DNA of 64,000 bases from Candidatus Bathyarchaeota archaeon (GCA_963780185.1 CAWABA010000007.1:185175-249174), one strand, 5' to 3'; shown: positions 30,377 through 42,710, numbered from the stretch's first letter. Notes: generated by a model from the sequence alone, not told the origin. Made by a program: numbers and translations.

Positions 30377-30455
30377 TGGTGCGGTCGCCGGGATTTGAAC
30401 CCGGGATCATTAGCTTGGAAGGCTAATGTCCTAAACCAGACTAGACAACGGCCGC
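30377..30455 (-). tRNA. tRNA-Gly(TCC), CCA encoded
   Basis: GCGGCCG...TTAGC-CTTCCAA-GCTAA...CCGGGTTCAAATCCCGG-CGACCGC-ACCA. Confidence 0.95.
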
Positions 30456-30680
30456 CCTCAATATTGCTTGTATTTCCATTATCTATGCTTGATTTAAGGA
30501 TATTGCCAATATCTTTTGTTAGGTTTTGAAACACTACGCCTAAAGATAGCACCATTTTTTTTCGAATTTCTGAGTTTAATAATTGAGAATGCCCCGTGGT
30601 ATGCTTGTTGTTGCTGTGGAGTCACATTCACACCCTTTCTTATAGTCAATCAACCGATAACTCTAGGTTAGGTTTTTGAT

Positions 30681-30836
30681 ATGCAGAAACTTTTACCACA
30701 GCTTCAATGCCCAATTTGCGATAAAGCATGTAATAATCCAGAGCAACTAAGAGCACACAGGATAGACTCCCACAAAGGCATCTACAAAGCATGCTACCTT
30801 AAAAGCAAAGTAGAATTTGTGCCACAGTGGCAATAA
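30681..30836 (+). CDS. C2H2 zinc-finger microprotein (51 aa)
   Basis: CPICDKACNNPEQLRAHRIDSH; below the ORF-track cutoff. Confidence 0.7.
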   Translation: MQKLLPQLQCPICDKACNNPEQLRAHRIDSHKGIYKACYLKSKVEFVPQWQ

Positions 30837-31104
30837 TTAAGAGGACACCTAAAAGCTAAGAAAATCAAACCCAAACAATCCAGAAGAAGATTAGGATAGC
30901 AAAGTTTCTATTTTGTTGTTGCCTTCTAAAACTCTACACTCAAATTCACAAACTGAAAAAGTTCCAGATTTTTCCCACCCGCTTTTCTGTTATTTGCAAC
31001 AATGTAGCCAAAAAGGCAGCGTGTTCCCGTTGGAAAATCTTGGCGTTAGATGGAAGAGTATATCTTTGTGGGTTTACGGTTAATATGTTGGATTGGTTGG
31101 AAAG

Positions 31105-31386
31105 ATGGGTTCAGCGAAAGGTACACATAAGGTTCCCGGCAGCCGAATGAAGATTTTGACGAAAGACGCAAAACAAATGGTTAACGGACCCTATTACTGC
31201 CCCAAATGCAGAAAGGAACTGTTGCAGATTTTGGCGAACGTATACAAAAAAGAAGGTTTATGCTTGCTGCAAATGCGGGTTGGAGTGGCCGCTGGTTTAC
31301 GCGCCTGTTTTTCAGCCGATAGACTACTACAACAAGTTCAGGGACGCCTGGAAAAAGCAGAGCTACGGCATAATCAAACAAAATAG
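31105..31386 (+). CDS. Elf1-like zinc-ribbon protein (frameshifted)
   Basis: YYCPKC...CKCGLE...FQPIDYYNKF across two frames. Confidence 0.55.
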   Translation: MGSAKGTHKVPGSRMKILTKDAKQMVNGPYYCPKCRKELLQILANVYKKEGLCLLQMRVGVAAGLRACFSADRLLQQVQGRLEKAELRHNQTK

Positions 31387-31461
31387 CTTGTCGCCGCGCC
31401 AAACAAGCCTCCTTTGGCCGTGCGAAAGACGGGTTTGCCGAAAAAACAGGGTAGCTAATAA

Positions 31462-31951
31462 GTGAGATGCGCCGTAGATTATTTTGGGGCAGCCCGCTTG
31501 AGCGAAGAAAAAATCGGGTTCACTCGTCGATTTATCGTTCTGGGGAATCTTGCGCTTGTCGCGTGGGTTTTCTTAGCGTTCTTCAGCGTGCTCTTCTACA
31601 CCATAATCTACAGTTGGCTATACCTGATATTGGAAGCCGTCGTAATCTACGTTATTCTCCGCAGGCTCGGATGCAGCAGCTGTTACAAATGCAAAGCTTG
31701 CACCAGCGGTTTTGGAAGGTTGGCGGGGGCGTTTTTCGGGCGGGGGTTTGTTAAGAAAGAAAGCGTTGGAAACCGAATTGGGCTTAGTGGGTTTCGTTTA
31801 TTTTCTGTTGCTTCCGCTTCCAGCGGCTATTTTGGTTTTGTCGATGTTGCAAGCCTTCACTTTTCTGAAGGTTTTGGTTCTCCTTTGCCTGTTGGTCGTC
31901 GGCATCTACAGCTTGGCGACTTGGAATACGCGTTCGACAGTTCGCGGCTGA
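31462..31951 (+). CDS. Membrane protein with CxxCxxCxxC (frameshifted)
   Basis: CSSCYKCKACT between TM segments. Confidence 0.65.
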
Positions 31952-32014
31952 AAGGCATTTGGGAATAGTTTTAAAAATACATTGATGGTTCATGTAACGG
32001 ATGTTGATGAATGA

Positions 32015-33169
32015 ATGAGTAGGTCCACTGCTTCACGGCAAGCCGCTTAGCCTTTTCGTAATCTGTTACTGTTGCGTTTCTTGCTTGTTACCCACTCATC
32101 CAGCCTTTTGTGGTGGTTAACGCTCAATCTTCGAGTCAACCCCAAAATTATGATCGGCAGTTCAGTTGGAACTACGGCGGCGAAACTTGGACTTGGAACC
32201 TAACCATCCCTGCGGCGTTGTTTCAAGCATACGTTGCGGTTCCAGAATCGGTGCGGACGCAGATTCCGCTTTCAGCGGCTTCGGGTACTTTGTCACCACG
32301 CGAAGATCCATACTTGCAAAGCTTAGCGGCGAAGCTTAACGAGAGCGTTGCACAGGAAGGGTACAGTTCGCTTCAGGCAGTAAACTTTGTCTTGGCTTTC
32401 GTGCAGAGCATCCCGTACGCGACTGATATGAACAGCACAGGTTACCAAAATTACCCAAGATTCCCCGTGGAAACCTTAATCGACAACGTCGGCGACTGCA
32501 AGAGCCACTCTATTCTTTTTGCAACGTTAACCTTGATGATGGGTTTCGATGCAGTGTTCATTAATCCTCCAGACCATTTGGCAGTCGGGGTGCTGGGCGA
32601 TAACCTTGGAGGCACATCGTGGACGTACAACGGCCAAAGCTACTATTACTGCGAAACAACAGGTGAAGGATTCACGGTAGGTCAATTGCCGGACCAGTTT
32701 AACGGCGTAGCCGCCTACGTCTACGCAATCGACACAAGTGAACAGTACGTTGTGAATTATCAGTCTTTGTCGCTTGCTGCGCCTAACCCATCCTATGCGC
32801 CTTACAACCCTAACTCGCCGCAAACCACGCCTAACGTTGGACCAGACCAGACCATGGAGCCTTTGCCCGTCGGTCGCTGGACCAACAATCCATCCTGTTG
32901 AACCCATCTCGCTAAACTTGATTTCAGACAACCCCATACTATTCGTTTTAATCATAGCGGCAATCGGAATCTCCATAGCCGTCGTCGTTAGACCAGTAAG
33001 AATCGGGGCGAAAACCGCTCCTCTGCAAATGGTTTTTCCAGAGCCACCCAGCCCGAAGACGGAGCAGGCAGATTTAAGCAAAGCCAAATTCTGCATTTAC
33101 TGCGGCTCAAGCAACAAGTCGGTTGCGGTGTACTGCGCGAACTGCGGCAAAAAAATAGCTGAAGCCTAA
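32015..33169 (+). CDS. Secreted transglutaminase-like protein with TM and C-terminal zinc ribbon (frameshifted)
   Basis: FVQSIPY, YPRFPVETL...GDCKSHS, HLAVGV, YCETTG; FCIYCG...YCANCG. Confidence 0.75.
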
Positions 33170-33747
33170 AAGCGTTTACTGCTTTTGTGCCTTAGCGGTT
33201 GCTTCCTTGTTTGTGAGGGCGTTGAAGGTTTCCTGCATGAACCTGTCGATTCCTCTTGTAGGCGTAGACGGCGACTGCCGCTTCCAAAGCTATGATGACT
33301 GAGAGGAAAACCGCAAGAGCTTTCATCAGGTTGACGAAGCTTTGAGCAACTGAAACATCTACGTTGCCGTTGACGGAGGCTAGCCAACTCCAAAAAGTGC
33401 TTTGCCCGTGTCATAAAAGCGGTTAAGTCAAGAGCCATCCAAAGACACAAACCAACCAAAACAGCCGCCAAAGCGCAGCCGACGATGGTGATGTTTTTCC
33501 AGTCCGAGCTGAGGCGAGAAGAGACAGGTGACTTGGGTTCCAGAATCCGCGGGTGTAAAAACGATGTCCACGGTTTTTTTGGCTGAGGTGGGCGACATTC
33601 CCCAAAGCGAGCCTTGCTTAACAAGGAGGTGTTTGGGGGCGTTTCAGAAATTATTTTGCAGCCTTTCTGAACAAGGGAGGCTTTCAGTTCTGCGTAGGCT
33701 TTGTCGATTTCTAAGTTGAGGGTTCGTTTAAGCAACCAGTGCACCAT
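33166..33747 (-). CDS. Hypothetical membrane protein (several frameshifts)
   Basis: Fragments with TM segments. Confidence 0.5.
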   Translation of the reverse strand: MVHWLLKRTLNLEIDKAYAELKASLVQKGCKIISETPPNTSLLSKARFGECRPPQPKKPWTSFLHPRILEPKSPVSSRLSSDWKNITIVGCALAAVLVGLCLWMALDLTAFMTRAKHFLELASLRQRQRRCFSCSKLRQPDESSCGFPLSHHSFGSGSRRLRLQEESTGSCRKPSTPSQTRKQPLRHKSSKRF

Positions 33748-33791
33748 TCGGTTTGGTGATTAGTTGTTTGTTTGAAACCTAAAAAGCTTGT

Positions 33792-34412
33792 CTAACGTCG
33801 GGGTCTGCCTTTGAGCCCTCTAATTTGCTTGGGCTCGTTTCTCTGTCTCTCCATGTTTTTGATTCTGGCGTAGAGCTTTGACACTTTGGTTTTAGACGGC
33901 ACCTTTGACCTTGGAATGTGAACGGGCACGGGCGTGAACGGCTTGTTTATTTCAAGCTTTTCGCTGTCTGGTTTTCTTGAACGGGACATTGAGCTACTTT
34001 TTTGAATACGGCGTAGCCTTCTTTGAAGTTTACTTCCTGCACTTCCCAACCCGCCTCCAGCCAAGCCTTAGCGTGAATCGCTAGACGACGTGTTGCTCCA
34101 CCATGCCTTTTCCCTGTAGGCGCTCATCGGAAGGTTGCTGCCGATTAAGCCGTCGATTCGTGCGAAAGGCAGTTTCACGACGTTTGTGAAGGCGTCTCTG
34201 AATTTTAGGTGCCGTTCAAGCCCCTCGTATTTTGAGGCTGTCCTCGGCGAGACAATTCGTCTGGCGCAGTGAAGGCAAAGCATCGCCATCGGGTCGCCTG
34301 TTGCGACGTCGGGCACCATGCAGTCGCGGCAATACAGTTTCTGGCAGCGTTGACACTTACGCATGTACGACACTCTTAGAACTCTGCCGCAGATTCCGCA
34401 TTCATCCTTCAC
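33792..34412 (-). CDS. Zn-finger hypothetical protein (frameshifted)
   Basis: CGIC..CQRC..CRDC..CLHC; SKYEGLE.HL...LPMSAYREKAWWSN. Confidence 0.65.
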
Positions 34413-34475
34413 GACGAATCAAACCTTGCATGGCGAAGGAAAAATCGCTAAAGAACATTTGTTTTCTTCGGCATA

Positions 34476-36065
34476 TTAATTTTGAGTTGGCTGCACGGTG
34501 TTTTCGCTTGAGGAAACCTTTCCGCTGCCTCTTTTGGTAACCAATTGCCGTAGGTTGCGAACGGTGCCTTTGACTTCATCCAACACTTGCCTTATGAGTT
34601 CTCTCGCTTGCTTGTCAATAGCCAACAAAAAGACAACGTACATGGCAAAGCCTGCAATCGCTTTAGCAATCGTGGAAAGCAGCGTTGTCGTGGTCGGAAG
34701 CAGATACAGGATGAATGCGGCTAAGGCGGCGGCTAAAACGTATTTGCCCATGCTTTTCCATGCGACGGGTATGCCGATTGAATGACGCATGTACGTGTAC
34801 AATACGGTGAAGGTTGAAAGTTGAGCCGCTATGAGTATTACCACAACGTATAGTGTTGCTTGGACTGAACCAGCCACTGGCAGCAATGTTAAGGCGAGAT
34901 ATGTGAGCGGGATTGCGATTGCTGCATTAAGGTAGGGAAGTGCGAAAACGACGAAGATTTTGCTTTTGATTAGTCGTCGCAGCGCGATTTTGCCTTCAGC
35001 GTCGAATACCTCTACACCCATGACGCAGTTGGAGTAAAACGAGGTGACTAAACCGAATAAGGTGTAAATTGAGAGCGCAACGAGAACTGGCCATGCAACC
35101 CCGTAAGTAACGTTTAGAACAGTCAGGAACGAGTAGGACATGGCGATTGTTATTGCAGCTATAGGGATGCCGAGCATCATCACTGTCCTGAAAGATGTGC
35201 CAACTTGCTCTTTGGAGCAGCTTTTAGACAGCAACCTTGGGTACAACGCAATGGACAGGGATATTGAGTAGCCAATTATGGCGGTGAAGCTTCCCGCGGC
35301 TTGATAGTAAGCTCTGGTGTTGGGTCCACCGTAGAAGAAAAGCAGGATGTACACGAAGGATGAAAGCTGGTTGCCGACGGCGTTGAAGGCAATCACTGTG
35401 GAGCCTTTGAACCATTCTTTAAGGTAGCTCCAATTTGTTTTTTCCTTAAAGTATCCACGCAGAAGCCAAACGTAGTAGCCTACCTGAGCAAACAGGAGAG
35501 AACCAACGCCAAAATTGCGCCAAGAAACAACTGGTGGAAACCCAAAATCAAAACCAAAGCAACGCCTACTTTGACTATTTCCTCGATAAGTAAGCCGTAG
35601 CCGAGGGCTTGGGGTTTTTTGGGCTGCAGTAAGCCTTCGCAGGCGATTATCAAGTAGAAAGTGACGATGTAGAGTCCCGCAATCAGAAAGATCGGAAATA
35701 GGTAGCGAGTTCGCATTGTTCCGATATTATCGGTGCGATAGCATCCTTGTAGATTAGCATAGATTATGGGGAAGTAGACACCCATGAAGATGAGGGATGC
35801 GATTAACTGGGCGATGACGCCTGTTTTGATTGCTCCTGTTTTGCCTCTCGCCACGAACCGTTCTGCCCAGAACGGGAAAACGCCGCTGAAAAGCGTGAAG
35901 TAGGCGACGTAATCGAAAATGTTGGTCCAGACGCCGTATTGGTCTAGTGTTCATGTTTCTGGTAAGCAGAAGAGTGAAGATGAGTCCAGTGATTACGCTG
36001 AAAATCTGAACCGCGAAGATAACGTATCCGCTGTATTGGAACCTGATGTCTTTAGTTTCAGTCAA
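34476..36065 (-). CDS. MATE/flippase-like polysaccharide transporter (frameshifted)
   Basis: Multi-TM ORFs 35754-36065, 35480-35854 and 34476-35396 join. Confidence 0.7.
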
Positions 36066-36196
36066 ATGCCCGTTTTCCTGCTTTCCCGAATTAGTTTATA
36101 CTGAATTATTAGAACATCTAGTTATATAATTCCCCAAAGTTCTTCCAAGAAAACCCCAAAAAATGAAGAAAAAGAAAAAATTTCGCAGGTTAAAGC

Positions 36197-37678
36197 TTAC
36201 CCTTTAACCACTGCGATCGGAACAAGCCTGGCAACCTTCGTTGCTATCCCAACTTTGTCGCTGACGTCGGCTACGATGTCCACGTTTTTGTAGGCTGGGT
36301 CGGCTTCTTCAGCTAAAACCGAAGTGCTTGCCGCGCGAACCACGATTCCACGCTTCTCCAAACCCGATTTTATGTCTCCGCCCCAAAACTGCCGCTTCGC
36401 TGATGACCGACTCATCATTCTTCCTGCGCCATGCGCGGTTGACCCGAAAGTTAAATCCATGGCTTTCTGCGAACCCACCAGAACCCAGCTGCTTGTGCCC
36501 ATGCTGCCTGGGATAAGAACTGGTTGCCCTTCGCTGCGGTAGTCAGCTGGAACGTCTGGGTGCCCAGCTGGGAAGGCGCGTGTGGCTCCTTTGCGGTGAA
36601 CCCAAACTTTCTTTTGGGCGCCGTCAATGTTGTGCGTCTCAACCTTCGCAATGTTATGCGCAACGTCATAGACAAGTTTTAACCCGAATTTTTCTGCTGG
36701 CTCATGGAAAACCTGCTGGAAGCTTTGGCGGACCCAATGCATGATTGCGTGGCGGTTGCAGAAGGCGTAGTTGACGGCGCATGCCATGGCTTGCACGTAG
36801 TCTTGGGCTTCGTTGCTGTTTCCGGGGGCGCAGGCTAATTCGCGGTCGGGCAAGGCAGATTTTGTATTTTGCCACTGCATGCTCCATTACTCGCAGGTAG
36901 TCGCTGCAGACTTGGTGCCCGTACCCTCTTGACCCGCAGTGAATCATAACTGTAACTTGCCCTTCCTGCGTGATTCCGAAAGCCTTCGCCGTTTTCGGGT
37001 TGAGGATTTTGTCTACTTTCTGGATTTCCAAGAAGTGGTTGCCTGAACCCAAGGTGCCGATCTGCGTTAAACCTCGGCTCTTCGCGGTTTGGGAAACTTT
37101 ATCGGGGTTAGCGTTTGGCATGCGTCCGCTTTCTTCACAGTGGTCTGCGTCTTCAGCCCAGCCGAAGCCTCGTTTGATAAGCCACTGCACACCTTCAACC
37201 GCCAAGTGGTCCAAGTTCGCTGCTGGATATTGAAAGGTCTTTTCGGCGGCTTCCAAGCCCAGACGGAACATTGCGGAAAATAGCTTCAGCCAGAGGCGCA
37301 AGTTTCGGTCGAATCTCCTGCTTCCGTCAACGTTGTCGCCAGGAGGCGTACGCCGCAGTTTATGTCGTAGCCGACGCCGCCGGGGCTGATGACGCCGTCG
37401 TCGTAGTCGGTTGCTGCGACTCCGCCGATTGGGAAACCGTAGCCTTCATGCCCGTCAGGCAACGTTATTGCATGCTTGTAGATTCCAGGCAGTTGAGTCA
37501 CGTTTGAGCATTGCCAAAGCGTCCGGTCAGTCTTCATTTTCTCTAAAAGTGCTTCGTTAGCAAAAACGATGCCGGGAACACGCATCCCAGCCTTGTATTT
37601 TGGAATACGCCAAGAATAATCATTTATTTTTTCCAGCGGAACTTGCTCTGGCGTCCTTCTGCTTTCACTTTCTCCCAA
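36197..37678 (-). CDS. rtcB: RtcB tRNA-splicing ligase (two frameshifts)
   Basis: [52 protein letters not shown]. Confidence 0.95.
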
Positions 37679-37827
37679 AACCTTTCACCAGACTCAAAAA
37701 GGGCGTTGCTGAAATAAAACAGTTGTGACTCAAAGCCATCCATCGCAGGCAAAAAGGTATAGGTTTTCTTTTACAAAATTCATTCGCCGAAGTTTTCAGG
37801 CGACCGCCTACCCGAATTCAAGCCATC

Positions 37828-38745
37828 TTAACTGTGCGGCGCTTTTGCGTATTCAACAAATCCTTGAACAGTGTTTCCAAGCGCCGTAACCGAGTAAACT
37901 GGGTGCGCACTCAAGAAGCCTGCCATCCGATTCATGACTTTATCTTCCTCAAGTATTCTTTGGCAAATCTGGTCAAAGCTTTGTTTTTCCTCTACGCCTT
38001 CATTCGCAATTTTTCCCCACAGCTGAAACTGCATCTTGTAATCTTTTAGCCGCCGAACCGCGTCGGAGGCTTTGCCGAAATGACTGTAGTACAGAGCTGT
38101 TGGTTTGAGGCTGATTAGTTTATCCAGAGAAGCCAACGCCACGTCCAGGCGGAAAGGCGGAGGCGTAGTGGGAATTACGGCGTCAAACTCGGGAAAGTAG
38201 GTGCCTGCTGCGTCTCCTGGAAATACTCCGCCGTTTAAGGTTTCCAGGAAACTGAGGTTATGTGAAGCGTGACCAAGCGTCTCAAAAACCTTCAGTTTGG
38301 CGTCGCCGTCCAAATCAAAAGAGCCCTCGGCGACGGGGAAAATGCGGTCTTTCGGGACAGGTTCTGGTTTGCCGAAGATTTCGCTCACGTACCCCAGAAC
38401 CGACTGCGCGGATTCCCAGAGCCGCTGGGGATCAACCAGGTGAGGCATGCCTCTTGGGTGCACGATTACTTTTGCGTTAGGCAGAAACTTTAGCAGTGTG
38501 CCTGCGCCGCCGCCGTGGTCCAAGTGAACATGGGTAACCGCAACGTACTGGACATCCTCGAAGGGCACATCGAGTTCTCTTAATCCTTCGACAAGTTTCG
38601 GCACCGAAGAAGTTGGTCCTGACTCGACAAGCGTAACTTTGGAGCCTTTAAAACATAGCTGCAGATGAGATTCTTGAACCCGCCAGTTTCCAACTCGATC
38701 TGGTACAGGTTTTTCCCGATCATTCGGGTATGCAAATACATGCAC
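37828..38745 (-). CDS. MBL-fold metallo-hydrolase
   Basis: THVHLDHGGG, GHASH, GDAAG. Confidence 0.88.
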   Translation of the reverse strand: MHVFAYPNDREKPVPDRVGNWRVQESHLQLCFKGSKVTLVESGPTSSVPKLVEGLRELDVPFEDVQYVAVTHVHLDHGGGAGTLLKFLPNAKVIVHPRGMPHLVDPQRLWESAQSVLGYVSEIFGKPEPVPKDRIFPVAEGSFDLDGDAKLKVFETLGHASHNLSFLETLNGGVFPGDAAGTYFPEFDAVIPTTPPPFRLDVALASLDKLISLKPTALYYSHFGKASDAVRRLKDYKMQFQLWGKIANEGVEEKQSFDQICQRILEEDKVMNRMAGFLSAHPVYSVTALGNTVQGFVEYAKAPHS

Positions 38746-38865
38746 CTTACTAAGTCAAATAGGGCAGTGTGTTGGCATAAATGTTTCCGTATAGCCTGAG
38801 GGGAGCGCGCAAAACTTAATTATGCAACTTCGCCTAAGAAGAGGCTAACAGGGGTAAAGAGAAAA

Positions 38866-39521
38866 TTGAAAGCAGTCATGTTTGGCGCGCCAGGCGCTGG
38901 CAAAGGAACCTATGCAAGTAGGCTTCATCAAAAACTTGGCGTTGAAACAATCGCGACAGGCGACATTTTCCGTGAATTAATCAAGCAAGATTCGGAACTG
39001 GGCCGGAAAGTCAAGGGTTACATGGAAAAGGGACTTTTGGTTCCAGACGAAGTTGTAATAGAAGTTCTGAAGCAGCGTTTAAGCAAGATTCCGAAGGGGA
39101 AAGGCTTCATTCTAGATGGGTTTCCCGCGTACGCTTGAGCAGGCAAAAGCTCTTGAAGCCATAACCGAAATCGATGTTATACTGCTGCTTGACGTGCCCG
39201 ACTGGCTTATAATCGAACGCTTATCCAGCCGCAGGATATGCCGTAACTGCGGAACCGTTTACAACACCCGCTTCTTAAAGCCCAAGGTTGAAGGGGTCTG
39301 CGACAAATGCGGTGGACCCCTGTACCAACGTTCAGACGATACTCCTGAAGTCATAAAGAAGAGGTTGCAGGTGTACCAGGAACAATCAAAACCGCTGTTG
39401 GAGTACTTTGAAAAGAAAAAGGTGCCCTTCGTCATCTCGAAAACCACAACTCTCGATCAGCCGCCAGAACCCGTCGTTGACAAAATGATTAGCGGAACTG
39501 AAAAAACGAAAATTCGTCTAA
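38866..39521 (+). CDS. adk: Adenylate kinase (frameshifted)
   Basis: GAPGAGKGT, LDGFPRT, Zn lid CRNC...CDKC, QRSDD. Confidence 0.93.
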
Positions 39522-39968
39522 ATATCCAAAATAAACTCTAAGACAGCACTTTCTTTTTCTCTTATAATCATCATTCTATGGTAAGTGACAGCTTTAACCC
39601 CGACTTTCTGCGGATGCTTCTGAGGGTCATATTTTTCGCCCCAAACTTTGGCTTTAAACTTGAAAGTTTCCTCTGTTTCCTTCCAGTCGGTTATTTCAAA
39701 TTTTGAGTAAAGCATGCCTTCAGTTTCAAACTTCACAAGCAAAGCTTCAAGCCAATTGTAAAGCAGCGCGTATTGGTCTTCAGCTTCCACCTGCATGTTT
39801 TCCTGCTTGCGTCTGAGCGATTTTGTCCGTGTCAGTCATAACCTCGAACATTGCAAGCGCAGAGTTCGCGTAGGCTTCCTCCATCGTTTTTCCGTAGGCT
39901 CGAATGTAGACGTCAGCGGTGTGTTCTAAATACTCGAATTTTCCAGCGAATTTCTCAGTAGCACCCAT
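39518..39968 (-). CDS. Archease (frameshifted)
   Basis: EHTADV, VKAVTYH, FILDI; near rtcB. Confidence 0.92.
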
Positions 39969-40072
39969 TTAGAGGCCACTCTATAGTCAATGTGTCTGAA
40001 GAGCTAAAAACACTTTCGCTGAAAGACAACAAAGCTTACTTTTCAAGTTCAAGAAAACTTGTAATGCTATCC

Positions 40073-40501
40073 TTAATCAGGTTGGCACAGATTTTTTCGA
40101 AAGACTTTTTCCTGCCGAGCTTTAGCTGCTTCCTCAGGATTAGATAAATCGTATTTAATCAAGTCTCTGCAGCAAACTGTTCCATGCTGCTTCTCAAATT
40201 GCCTGTAAAGTTTTTGTGCGTAGGCGTAGGCTTTCGCTTGTTTTTCAGCGCCCGCCTCGTTGGAGCCATACTTGATTCCAACGGCCATGAGGCTGCCGGT
40301 TAAGGCTCCGCATAAGGACCCGCATCGTCCTATGCCTCCTCCGAATCCAGCCGCAATCTTGGGGATCAACTCGTTTTTTGAGTTGGGTTCGATTTGCTCG
40401 TAAAGCGTTAGAAAAACGGTTTGGGCACAGTTGTACCCGCTTTGGAAGTTTTTGATGCCTTTTTCAGCGACAAGCTGATTTGTCGATGACAAGTTGTTCA
40501 C
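40073..40501 (-). CDS. C_GCAxxG_C_C family redox protein
   Basis: NCAQ, FGGG, CGALTG, CRDL. Confidence 0.85.
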   Translation of the reverse strand: MNNLSSTNQLVAEKGIKNFQSGYNCAQTVFLTLYEQIEPNSKNELIPKIAAGFGGGIGRCGSLCGALTGSLMAVGIKYGSNEAGAEKQAKAYAYAQKLYRQFEKQHGTVCCRDLIKYDLSNPEEAAKARQEKVFRKNLCQPD

Positions 40502-40506
40502 CTCTC

Positions 40507-41554
40507 TTAGAAGTACCTTGATGTTCTTTGTATTGCGGCGGCAGTAAGTTTCGCGGAGTTTTCAATGTCTTTTAAGCAAAGAATGCTCGCTGGACTGTGA
40601 ATGTACCGTGTAGCTATCGATATGTTGCCGCTTGGGATTCCCTGTCTTGTCAGGGAAATGCGTGCTGCATCCGTTGAGCCCATTAATCCCGTTTCAATCT
40701 GGAACGGGATTTTTTCTTCTTCCGCAGAATCCAAAAGCCATCGTAGAATTTGGGATGCGTAATCAAGCCTGAATCTGAAATCGAAATCGCTGGACCTTTT
40801 CCCATCTTGACACTGGTGTCGTATTCTCTAACGCCTGGGACGTCGCCAGCTATGGTCACGTCGAGCGCTATTGCCAAGTCAGGGTCAATGTTGAAAGCAG
40901 CTGCACCCGCGCCACGCAAACCCACTTCTTCCTGAACCGTTCCCACAGCGTAGACAGTGTAGTCGGTTTTTTCGATTAGTTTGAGGGTTTCAATCATGGC
41001 GGCGCAGCCAGCTCGGTTATCGAAGGCTTTGCCCATGGCAACGTCTCTGCCTAACGACGTGTATTTGACATTAAAACCCACGGCGTCTCCGACTGCGATT
41101 CCCATGGCTAATGCGTCTTCCGGTTTTCCGCTCCCACATCGATGAAAAGCTCGTCTGAAGTGATGATTTTTTTCCGTTCTTCTTCCTTCTGGATATGGGG
41201 TGGTTTTGAGCCGATTATACCTGGGAAAGAGGCTTTTTTGGAGAAGACCGTGACCATTTGCGCGGGTAAAATGCGGTCGTCTATTCCGCCCATCTTCGCG
41301 AATTGCAGAAAGCCGTCTTTATTGATTGTTTTAACCATTAATCCGATTTCATCCATGTGAGCGGCAAGCATTATTTTAGTCGATTTTTCTTTGCCTTTCT
41401 TGATGCCTATGACGTTTTCAAGTTTATCCACAACTATCTCGTCCACGTAAGGGGTCATGAGCCTAATCATTAACTCTCGAACCTCGCTTTCTCTACCCGT
41501 CACGCCGCAGGCGTTCGAAAGCCTCTCTAAATTCTCATTTAAAGACAAACACAT
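40507..41554 (-). CDS. M42 (TET-like) aminopeptidase (frameshifted)
   Basis: AAHMDEIG, KAFDNRAG, QEEVGLRGA, RYIHSP. Confidence 0.92.
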
Positions 41555-41812
41555 ACCTCATTCAAAGTCTATCTGACTACACCTTTGAGAGCTAAGTTAT
41601 TAAAAAATTACGGTCAACTGTCCATCCAGATTTAGTTCCCCAAACAAAAAATGTCCCTACTTTTTTCAACGTCGACTCGGGTTCCTGCCTTTCGGGTTTT
41701 CCAACGTTAAAACCACCTGCCACTGGAAAATCAATTCAAAACTGTCTGAGGAATGTAGAATATGACAAATTTTAAATGCTCCGCGGGCATAAAATTCTAA
41801 CTACTAAGGGGT

Positions 41813-42710
41813 ATGTTTAGATTGGCAGAACAGCAACAACAACCGACTCCGAGAAAGATCGGAATTTTCAAGTGTGGAAATATCGGGACGTCACCTTGTC
41901 TTGAGCTTCTATTGGATGAATTAGCTGATCGAAGAGACATCAAGGTTCGAACCGTAACGACGGGTTCAAAAATGGGAGCCGACGACGTCGAAGAAGCTTT
42001 GCCTAAAATCTTCGAGTTTAATCCCGAAGTCATGGTAATTATCTCACCCAACACCGCGTTGCCTGGTCCCTCTAAAGCTCGGGAAGCGGTGGCAAGCAGG
42101 AAGATACCCTGCGTAGTCATTACTGATTCTCCTGGCAAACGCAGTCAAAGGAGACATTGAAAAACAAGGTTTAGGCTACATCATAATCACAGGTGACCCG
42201 CTAATTGGGGCAAGAAAGGAATTTTTAGACCCGATTGAGATGGCGATTTTCAACTCGAACATTAACAAGGTTCTCGCGATAACGGGCGTTTACCGAATTG
42301 TGTACCAAGAGATTGACAAAGTCATCTACGCCGTCGAAGCCGGATTGCCACCTATACTGCCTAAATTGGTAATTGACATCACAACCATACGCGACCAAAT
42401 CTTCTTCAACAACCCCTATGCAAAAGCTAAAGCGATTGCCGCCTACGGAATGGCGGAGAAAGTCGCTGACATAAACACCCTCGCATGCTTCATCGAGAAG
42501 GAAAGTGAAAAATACATCCCGCTAGTGGCTTCGGCTCACGAGGTGGCTCAAGCAGCGGCTAGGCTGGCAGAAGAAGCTCGCGAAATTGAGAAATACACTG
42601 ATGAACTGTTAAGAAAGCCTCATGCGAAGGATGGCAAACTGAAATACAAGACTAAGCTGATGGCTGCCCCAACTTTTGACGAAGAAAGCTACTCTCAAAA
42701 TAATGCTTGA
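41813..42710 (+). CDS. mtd: F420-dependent methylene-H4MPT dehydrogenase (frameshift near 42145)
   Basis: KCGNIGTS..LELLLDE.ADR.DI.VR, IGARKEFLDPIEMAIFN, NPYAKAKA, RKPHAKDG. Confidence 0.92.

Noticed and set aside
30340-30555. 71-aa minus-strand ORF
   Set aside because: Overlaps tRNA-Gly; spurious
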